From NCBI GenBank assembly GCA_964428355.1, contig CAYRYU010000026.1, positions 11,521 to 75,520 of the forward strand: a stretch of 64,000 bases of DNA, read 5' to 3'. The notes below the pieces were generated by a model, which saw nothing but the letters and a program-made list of their open reading frames with translations, searched no databases and was not told where the DNA came from. This DNA is from an uncultured bacterium (lineage in GTDB: Bacteria; Muiribacteriota; Ozemobacteria; Ozemobacterales; Ozemobacteraceae). This document shows, in pieces, positions 19,257 to 26,591 of the stretch. Position 1 is the stretch's first letter, and each line of letters starts with the position of its first letter. Made by a program: the position numbers and the translations under genes.

Positions 19257-21289
19257 TCCCGATCCGGCCCGCAGAACGAGGGAACCTGGCCAAGCATACG
19301 AGAAAGGGCATCGCACTCTGGCTGGTTCTTCTCGTCCTGATCGTCCTCGGAACCCTGGCCTTCCGCTATGCATGGATGGCCAGCTCCGGCCGTGCGGTCG
19401 TTTTCCGCTTCGAGCAGAGCGGCATCGCCCGGGATCTTGCCGATTCCGCCTCGCTCGAGGGCCTTGCCTGGCTTCAGAAAAGGACCGCCTCCCCGGAGAC
19501 CCCGGAAAGCAGGTGGCTGCTCGAACGTAGTCCCACTCCCCTTCCTCTCCCGGTTCCAATGACGCTGGAACAGGCCGGCAGGTCGATCGGCGGGGATTTC
19601 GCTCCCCTGATCGAAACCGAAGCCAGATGCCTGGATTTCCGGGGTGAAAGCAGCATGAAGAACCGATATGGGCCCGGTGAGGGCGTAGGAACCCTCGAGA
19701 TTTCGGTCCGGGTAAGGATCTCGTCACCCTCTGGCGGAGGAAAGGACCGCGCGGATGTCCATCTTTCGAGGTTCCACGATTTCAAGGTTGCCGACATCGT
19801 TAGCCCCCGGTCCAATGTAGGCCAGCGCGATTCCTACTTCCAGGGTTTCATTCTGGATTTCGCTTTCTTCCTGCGAGACGGGGTCTCGGAGTTCCGTTCG
19901 ACCCTGGGCGCGAACCTGAATTCCCGGGGAACGCGCCTTCAGATCATCCAGTCGCATCTGGACCCGGCACACCGGGGAAAGGTCTTCATCGGGGGAACCG
20001 AAGACCAGGCCGCCGACCGTCTTGTTTTTCTCAACATCGACGAAGCCCGTGGGGACCTCATTCCTTCGCTTCCCCGGAAGGTGATTCGAACGGTCGGTTA
20101 CGACGAGCTGAGGATCCTCTTTCCAAGGTTGAGGTATTACGAGGGAAAACATCCCCTTCTGCTGCCGGTTCTGAGGAAACTCCGTGGAATCTTCGAGGCG
20201 GCAAACGTTCCCCTGGTCAGAAATCAGCCCGCCGCATCCGATCCGGTGGGAATATGCGAAGACCAGGTTCGGACGTTTCTTCGCTCGGTCGCCAAAGACG
20301 AAGAGGCGAATTCCGATCCGGGCCTGGATCTCGTGATGGACCTTCCCGCGCTCCTTTCAGATCCCGCCCAGGCGGATTCGGTCCTCGAAGGAAGGCTCCG
20401 GCAGCGTTTCATCCACTTCGTCACCTTCCGCTTCGATATCTCCGGTATCGTGGATCCCACCACCCTGGTTCTCGAGCCGGATGACCGGAAGCTCCTGGAC
20501 TCCCTCCTCCCCTGCACTCCGCCCCCCTCGCCACCCCTGACGAACACGAACCTCCGGGATTTTTTGGAAAAACTCCCCGAAGTAAACGGCACCCCCCCAG
20601 ATCCCGGGCTTTCAATCATCTCCCGTTTCGACACCGACTTCCTGTACCGTCCGGGCTTGACCATGTCTAGCCGGCTTCGCCCCGATTCCTTCGCGGTTCC
20701 AAGATTCTTCAATGCGAGCGGCAGGATGATAACCGCGGGAACGCCAAACCCGGGAGGAATGGAACCGTTCGCGCACGTCAATCTCTGGGGATACCGCATG
20801 ACCGACCCCGTTTCTCTCGAAGAAATAGGGGTTCTGGACAGGAAGAACCGGAAGATCAATCTTCGGGGCATCAAGTGGACAGACGGAATGGTCTCCCTGG
20901 GAGACCCGGGAGGACCGACATCGATCGAAGGCCAGGGAATACTAATCTCAAAGGGAGGCTTCCGCATCCTGGGACCCCTGAGGAAATCGTCCCCCGAGGC
21001 CCTTTGCATCCTTTTCACCCACGGAGGGGACATCGAGGTGGACACGGACCAACCCGTCGAATCATCGCTGATAGCCATTCCCGACGGCACAACCGGAGGG
21101 GAGATCCTTCCCCTGAAAACACTCGATCTTTTCGGGGCCTTTGCGGCCAGAACCCTTTCCCTCAACAGGTGGAAAGGGAAAGGGATCCACAAGATCCGCT
21201 ATGATCCTCTTCTCAAGCGGGATTCCCCGCTCAGAAGCATCGTGATTTCTCCCGCGGTTTCCTTCCACAGGATCACGGAGGGAATCTGA
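19253..21289 (+). CDS. giant GspK/PilX-like N-terminally anchored protein (module A, first gene)
   Basis: 678 aa. The GTG start overlaps the anti-sigma stop (GTGA). N-terminus TRKGIALWLVLLVLIVLGTLA. Collinear with the 50967-52940 product: LVFLNIDEARGDLIPSLP vs PIFLNIHESLAGIIPKAP, and C-termini IRYDPLLKRDSPLRSIVISPAVSFHRITEG vs IQYDERLKPERDIYSITISPVPQFQRISES. Confidence 0.8.
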   Translation: MIPIRPAERGNLAKHTRKGIALWLVLLVLIVLGTLAFRYAWMASSGRAVVFRFEQSGIARDLADSASLEGLAWLQKRTASPETPESRWLLERSPTPLPLPVPMTLEQAGRSIGGDFAPLIETEARCLDFRGESSMKNRYGPGEGVGTLEISVRVRISSPSGGGKDRADVHLSRFHDFKVADIVSPRSNVGQRDSYFQGFILDFAFFLRDGVSEFRSTLGANLNSRGTRLQIIQSHLDPAHRGKVFIGGTEDQAADRLVFLNIDEARGDLIPSLPRKVIRTVGYDELRILFPRLRYYEGKHPLLLPVLRKLRGIFEAANVPLVRNQPAASDPVGICEDQVRTFLRSVAKDEEANSDPGLDLVMDLPALLSDPAQADSVLEGRLRQRFIHFVTFRFDISGIVDPTTLVLEPDDRKLLDSLLPCTPPPSPPLTNTNLRDFLEKLPEVNGTPPDPGLSIISRFDTDFLYRPGLTMSSRLRPDSFAVPRFFNASGRMITAGTPNPGGMEPFAHVNLWGYRMTDPVSLEEIGVLDRKNRKINLRGIKWTDGMVSLGDPGGPTSIEGQGILISKGGFRILGPLRKSSPEALCILFTHGGDIEVDTDQPVESSLIAIPDGTTGGEILPLKTLDLFGAFAARTLSLNRWKGKGIHKIRYDPLLKRDSPLRSIVISPAVSFHRITEGI

Positions 21290-21291
21290 CG

Positions 21292-21777
21292 GTGCGGAGC
21301 CTGCAAAAATGTGCCCCGTCCCGGTTTCCCCGCCCCGGGTTTTCCCTTCTCGAGGTCCTGATCGCCTGCTTTCTTCTCGCCCTGGCCCTTCTTCAACTCC
21401 TCTGGATGAACCGGTATTCCAACGAATGGGCTATGGATGCCTATTATCGGGCGATGGCAACCTCCCTTGCCCGCGAACCGATCGTGATCTTCAGGGGTTT
21501 TGGGGCACGCTGGCTCCGTGACTACGAGAAGCACCAGCTCCCCCAGTATCCCCTGGGTTGGAGCCCGATTCGGGAAGCGGACGGGGATCTCTCGATGCAC
21601 CCCGCGGAATCGGGGGTTTTCCAACGGAATATCTCCCTGACCAACCTTGAACAAGCCGGGAGCAGGGGTGTCCGGGTCACCGTCACCGTGGTTCCGGAGG
21701 GCGGGACCCGTGTCATGCGGTGGCTCCGCCGGGACCAGCTTGTACTGGAAGCCTTGATTCCGGAGGGAATGCCGTGA
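21292..21777 (+). CDS. prepilin-type pseudopilin (module A, second gene)
   Basis: ...RFPRPG|FSLLEVLIACFLLALALLQLLWMNRYSNEWAMDAYYRAMATSLAREP. Close paralog of the 52937-53419 product. Confidence 0.85.
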   Translation: MRSLQKCAPSRFPRPGFSLLEVLIACFLLALALLQLLWMNRYSNEWAMDAYYRAMATSLAREPIVIFRGFGARWLRDYEKHQLPQYPLGWSPIREADGDLSMHPAESGVFQRNISLTNLEQAGSRGVRVTVTVVPEGGTRVMRWLRRDQLVLEALIPEGMP

Positions 21778-22562
21778 GAGGGAATCTCTCAGCCTTTTTT
21801 CCGGCGACCGATTGTCGGAAGCATTGTCGGGAGCGCGGGATGACGCTTTTGGAGGCCGTCCTGGTGGTCTCCCTGGTGGTTCTTCTGCTCGGCCCGATAT
21901 ATCAGGTTTTTCACCATGGTACAAGAGCCTCGCTCAGGGGGATGCTGCACGTCGAGACGTCCATGGAAGCGATGCGCGTCCTTCGTCAGGTTTCCGACGA
22001 CCTCCGTGATTCCTGCCTTCCCATGGACGAACAGGGCTTCACCCTCGATTTCTCGAAAATGCTCGGAACCGACGGGGTTCCGCCGCTGCAGTCCTACACT
22101 TTCCTCAGATTCCCCCAACATGGTTCCCCCGACCAGGTGATGCAGTTCGCCCGCCAGGGTAAGGCATCCCGGCGGGCCAGCCGGATCACCTACCGCCTCG
22201 AGCCTCTTTCGAAAGCCGGGTTGAAACACAGGCTGATCAGGACCGAGCGATTCCATCCCGAACACCCCCTCGCGTCGACCTATCCCGGAGGGGAGAGAAT
22301 AAGCATCCTGAGCGAGCGGGTCCATTCCTTCATTCTTCTTCCCGACTCGGCACGTTCCGGAAACCGTGAGCTGCACTTCTTCTGGGTGACGCTCCAGATG
22401 GTCGATTCCCTCTCCCCCGCCGATGAGGAAAGGATTCTCCAACGAAGGGAACAGGCCGCTATCGGAGACTATTTCGACGTGGTCTACCCCGAATTCTTCA
22501 ACGCCTTCCAGAACCGGGGTTTCTTCAACCGGAACTGGCACACGGGGATTTCGGCCCCATGA
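21774..22562 (+). CDS. prepilin-type pseudopilin (module A, third gene)
   Basis: ...CRERG|MTLLEAVLVVSLVVLLLGPIYQVF. Proposed GTG start at 21774 overlaps the upstream stop (GTGA); the track ORF starts at 21720. Paralog of the 53416-54225 product. Confidence 0.8.
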   Translation: MRGNLSAFFPATDCRKHCRERGMTLLEAVLVVSLVVLLLGPIYQVFHHGTRASLRGMLHVETSMEAMRVLRQVSDDLRDSCLPMDEQGFTLDFSKMLGTDGVPPLQSYTFLRFPQHGSPDQVMQFARQGKASRRASRITYRLEPLSKAGLKHRLIRTERFHPEHPLASTYPGGERISILSERVHSFILLPDSARSGNRELHFFWVTLQMVDSLSPADEERILQRREQAAIGDYFDVVYPEFFNAFQNRGFFNRNWHTGISAP

Positions 22563-23355
22563 AGAACGCGATGATGCCAGATCCCACGAAGAAAAGGGAA
22601 AGAACCTGGTGGGTCGTGAGCCCCCAATGGACGATCGGGTTCAGGCGGATGAACTCCACGAGAAACCGGGAAACCCCGAACCATACGAGAAAGATCGCGT
22701 ATCTTCGCCCCGACCCAACCTTGAGGGGGAGCGCCAGAAGCAGGATGAACAGGGCAATGTGGCTGAGGCTTTCGTAGAGTGGCGCGGGATGGACGGAGAT
22801 CGCCGCAGGAACCGGTTCCCCCGGATACATCGACCGGAAAAGATTGCAAAGCAACGGGTTTCTTTCCGAAAGGGTGGAACACAGGCCGTTGGGAAACGTC
22901 ATCCCGAACCACGAAATGGTCGGAGCCCCATAGCAACCGTCCCCGGAGAAGAGGCATCCCAGCCTGCCGACGGCGTATCCAACAGCGAGCCCGGGGGACA
23001 TCAGGTCCCCAATCCGCAGGATCGATTGTCCTGCGTGCCTGATCCTGATCCAGCAAAGAATGGTTCCGAGGATGAACCCTCCAATAACGGAGAAACCGAA
23101 AAACGAGAAGACCGCATGAACCAGGTCGGACCGATAGGCAGGCCAGAACTCGAATACGCAGAGAATTCGTGCCCCGACAACGCCGCCGAAGATCGCCAGA
23201 ATAAACACATCGCGCAGAAGGACCATTTCCGCATCATTCTCCCGGAACTCCTTCCAGGAAAGAAAAAGGGCGAGACCGAAAGCCACCGTTACGAAAAAAC
23301 CGTAAATGGCGATCGGGAGAAGGATCGCAACCGGAAAACCAGTCCCCATCGGCAC
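22525..23355 (-). CDS. lgt: prolipoprotein diacylglyceryl transferase
   Basis: Polytopic membrane protein with Lgt-family blocks: ...GARILCVFEFWPAY..., GGFILGTILC, AVGRLGCLFSGDGCYGAPT, HPAPLYESL, VSRFLVEFIRLNP. Confidence 0.85.
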   Translation of the reverse strand: MPMGTGFPVAILLPIAIYGFFVTVAFGLALFLSWKEFRENDAEMVLLRDVFILAIFGGVVGARILCVFEFWPAYRSDLVHAVFSFFGFSVIGGFILGTILCWIRIRHAGQSILRIGDLMSPGLAVGYAVGRLGCLFSGDGCYGAPTISWFGMTFPNGLCSTLSERNPLLCNLFRSMYPGEPVPAAISVHPAPLYESLSHIALFILLLALPLKVGSGRRYAIFLVWFGVSRFLVEFIRLNPIVHWGLTTHQVLSLFFVGSGIIAFFMGPKSPCASSG

Positions 23356-23663
23356 TCCCTTTTTTCATTCTTCGGACAACCGTTAACCGCCCTTGCGCCC
23401 TTACAATTTTCCTCTGATTGGAACCGGGTGGGAAGCAGAGCAGGGTTGACTTTGCCGCGCATACTCTGCAAGAATTGCCCTATGATACCAAATGACGGAA
23501 GGCCGAAGGTGGATTCGACGATGAAAACCCGGCCAGAGCCCCAGACCGTGATTAACACAGAGTCCCCAGAGGCCACAGAGACTCCCGGTTCTGTGGCGAC
23601 TGTCGAATCTGTGCACCCGGTGGCAGCTCCTTCCTGCATGCCGGAATCTTCGCTGCGATTGGT

Positions 23664-26591
23664 ATGAGATCCTGTCCCCAGGATCCCGCCGATCTTTCTC
23701 CCGAGACCGGAAAACAGGTTTCAAGGCAAGTAGAGAGGGATGGGGATGCGGACCGTTCCCGGAACTCCCTGCTTCTCCCAATTGCATCCATCGTTCTCGT
23801 TATCGCACCCCTGGTTTTTCTGCTCTGGGCGGGGTTTGCCCTGGCCGACCAGGAAGGGGAGGACCATCGGGCTTCCGTCAGAAAGGAACTCGCGGAGCTC
23901 GCCCGCGAACTGTTGACTGAGACCGACCCGGGACACCTGACAAGGGCCGGCTTCCTTGCCTGGGTGGGGAAGGAAGGGCACACCCGTCCTCAACCGGACG
24001 AGCGGAATTCCCCCGTTGCCTGGTGGCGAAGCGGGGATGGAGCGGCTTCCTGCCCGGGTTATCTGGAAGATCTCGGCCGTTTCTTCCAGACCGGGAGTAT
24101 GGCTTCCCCATCCACTTTCTTCCGGTTGACGGACAACCTGGGCTGGGGATTCAGGCCCGCTTTCTGCCGTGACAATCCGGGACTTCCCGTCGAGGTCCTC
24201 TGGAATGGGTCCTGGCACCGGCTGATATGGGATTTCGAACCGGGAACCGATCACGTTCGACTGGCAGTCCTTCCGCCGCCCGATCAGGAAAAAGCCATTC
24301 GGGAAGCATGCGGCCGCCGTTGCCCAGGAACATCGACCGGATGGAGCGTCCTCCAGAGGACTCCGGAAAATCCATTCCGGACTGCTTCCGCGGCCCTCCC
24401 ACCCCAGTCAGCTTCCCTTCCTTACGGCATTGACGACCGGGGGCCGGAAGAAAAGGAAACCCATGTCGAGCGGATCAACCCCTGGTTGTCTTTGATCCTG
24501 GAACGCCCGGTCACCGATCCCGCACCGGGAATCAGGCTCCGGATCGCGGCCATGGCGGCAATCCTGTTCCTCTTCCTGGGTCTGGGGATGCGGAATTTTC
24601 CCCGCTGGTCCGTCCGGGCCAAGACCGGCTTTTTCGTTGTGTATCTGGTCGGCGTGCCTCTGATGATCATCCTGGTCCAGAGCGGTGCCCTGCGTAGAGG
24701 AAGGGTTTTCCGTGAGGAAAGCCGCCTTCGGCAAGAAGGGGAAGCGATGCTGCTGGACTTCGACAGAAGGTATTCCGATTTCGAAATGACTTTTGGAAAA
24801 GGCTTGAAGTCCCTTGTCGGGTCGGACTCCTTTCGTCGATCGAATCCCGAGTCTCTCCGGTCGATTATCCAGCCATTGATTGAAGGGGGACGCATCCAGG
24901 ATATTCTGGTACTCGACCAGAAGGGGTTCCCATTTCTTTCCCTCTCCAAGACACCTTTCCACGGCGAAAGGAGCCGGGTCCACCAGGAATATATCCAGTC
25001 CATCCTCGAGGAGCGAAACTCCCTCCCCCGGACCTCCCGTTCAAAGATGACCGACAGCCTTTTCGAGGTTTTCCGAAAGTCCTCCTGGGGTTCCGTGGTC
25101 GAGTCTCCAGGCCGGCTGGTCCAGTTCATGACAGAGGGAAAGCAGGTCTACAGTTTCATCTATTTCTTCCCCCAAGGAAAAACAGACCCGGGCGCAAAAG
25201 GGCGCCCCACACCGGAGTCCCCCGATCCGCGAGGGAAGGCCGAAGAAGCTCCCAGACCCGGAGCGGTCCTCATCCAGATGGGGATGGCGGAGGTTGCCAG
25301 GACATACCTGAAGCAAAACCTGCCCGGCAACTGGAAGTTCCGGATCTCGGCAAGGGAAAGGGAGACTGGAAACTGGTTTCCGGATCCGACAACGGAATTC
25401 CCCGCCTTCGAGGCTTTCGTGGATTCTGTTGCCCGTCAGAAGCGACTTCTCAACTGGTCCTTTCCGACTCCCGACGGGACCGCCCTCGTCCTTGGGAGGC
25501 CTGGACAAAGGCTTGCGGGCTATGACCTCATCGCGTTCATTTCCCCTGAAAAACTCGCCGCCGGCCCTGAGGAATGGACGCGAAGCCTTTTACTCCAGGC
25601 AGGCCTCTGCATGATCCTGCTCATGGCGGGCTGGTGGTTCCTGAGCACGAGCGTCATCGGGCCTCTTCGGGAAACCCTCGAGGGCGTCCAGAATCTCCGG
25701 CGCCGCCGCCTCGATTACCGTATCCAGACAACATCCGGAGACGAACTGGGCAGGCTGGGCGAGGCGTTCAACCAGATGTTGGAGGTTTCCAAGGAGATCC
25801 AGGCCGCAAGGGAAGTCGAGGAAAGGCTCCAGCCACCCGGTGACCCGAAGATCCCGGGGATCTCCTTCCGGACATGGTATTGGGGCGGGCTCGCCCTGGA
25901 CGGTTGCATTAGGGATTGGTTCGAGCTTCCGGATTGCTCCTGGGCAATTCTTCTGGGAACCTCGCACGGGCGGGGAATCACCGCCGCCCTGGGTTCGGGA
26001 ATGGCTCGGGCGATCATCATTTCCCATTGTCAGGAGGGTCTCGACCCCGCCGGCCTTTTCCCTCGCATCCACAAAGCCTTCCTCAGCCTGCAGGGCCCCG
26101 CCCAGGCAAGCGATTCGGGAAGTCGCCCTGCAGCCCCTCCCGTCTCCCTTTGCCTGTTGATCTACCACCCCGCCGGCCATTCCTTCGTAGCCCACCAGGC
26201 GGGGTTTCCCCGCCTCGCCCTTTGCAGGGCGCAGAACGGGCAGATTTCCTTCCCCCCCAACCCCGGGATTCCTCTTGGGTCGATCGAGCGTTTTGAAACG
26301 GGGGTTTTCCGGGAAACCCTCTCCGAAGGTGACTCCATCGTCCTGGCCTCGGTCCCCCCGGTTTCGGATTCCTCCGTTGAGTCCACCGAAATGATCCGGG
26401 AGTCTTTCCACGGATTGGTCCGGAAAGCCGGGAACCCTCTTGAGGGGGATTTTCCGGACCATTTCGGTTCGGGGTTGGAAGGGGAGCTGGGGGAGGTCCT
26501 CAAACGGGGGGTCAGCGCGGTCGTGATCCGCAGAAATCGCAGCTCCACTCCCGACCTTTCGGGGCCGTCGGAAGGGGGTGCCCGGAATTGA
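23664..26591 (+). CDS. large membrane sensor protein, HAMP + degenerate PP2C/SpoIIE-like domain (predicted pseudophosphatase)
   Basis: 975 aa. Several TM segments, then a HAMP domain (IGPLRETLEGVQNLRRRRLDYRIQTTSGDELGRLGEAFNQM). The C-terminal domain aligns to SpoIIE but carries LGTSHGRGITAAL in place of GDVxGHG, GDSIVLASV in place of SDGLxE, and GVSAVVIRR in place of DDxTxLxLRR. Confidence 0.85.
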   Translation: MRSCPQDPADLSPETGKQVSRQVERDGDADRSRNSLLLPIASIVLVIAPLVFLLWAGFALADQEGEDHRASVRKELAELARELLTETDPGHLTRAGFLAWVGKEGHTRPQPDERNSPVAWWRSGDGAASCPGYLEDLGRFFQTGSMASPSTFFRLTDNLGWGFRPAFCRDNPGLPVEVLWNGSWHRLIWDFEPGTDHVRLAVLPPPDQEKAIREACGRRCPGTSTGWSVLQRTPENPFRTASAALPPQSASLPYGIDDRGPEEKETHVERINPWLSLILERPVTDPAPGIRLRIAAMAAILFLFLGLGMRNFPRWSVRAKTGFFVVYLVGVPLMIILVQSGALRRGRVFREESRLRQEGEAMLLDFDRRYSDFEMTFGKGLKSLVGSDSFRRSNPESLRSIIQPLIEGGRIQDILVLDQKGFPFLSLSKTPFHGERSRVHQEYIQSILEERNSLPRTSRSKMTDSLFEVFRKSSWGSVVESPGRLVQFMTEGKQVYSFIYFFPQGKTDPGAKGRPTPESPDPRGKAEEAPRPGAVLIQMGMAEVARTYLKQNLPGNWKFRISARERETGNWFPDPTTEFPAFEAFVDSVARQKRLLNWSFPTPDGTALVLGRPGQRLAGYDLIAFISPEKLAAGPEEWTRSLLLQAGLCMILLMAGWWFLSTSVIGPLRETLEGVQNLRRRRLDYRIQTTSGDELGRLGEAFNQMLEVSKEIQAAREVEERLQPPGDPKIPGISFRTWYWGGLALDGCIRDWFELPDCSWAILLGTSHGRGITAALGSGMARAIIISHCQEGLDPAGLFPRIHKAFLSLQGPAQASDSGSRPAAPPVSLCLLIYHPAGHSFVAHQAGFPRLALCRAQNGQISFPPNPGIPLGSIERFETGVFRETLSEGDSIVLASVPPVSDSSVESTEMIRESFHGLVRKAGNPLEGDFPDHFGSGLEGELGEVLKRGVSAVVIRRNRSSTPDLSGPSEGGARN

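Noticed and set aside
20224-21192. 322-aa minus-strand ORF
   Set aside because: It is antisense to the module A GspK-like gene. It is S/R/P-rich and low-complexity.
22423-23520. Plus-strand 414-aa ORF overlapping lgt
   Set aside because: It is antisense to a confidently recognised lgt gene and is rich in R/E/P/K. Only its last 48 codons, downstream of lgt, are kept as a low-confidence small-ORF observation.
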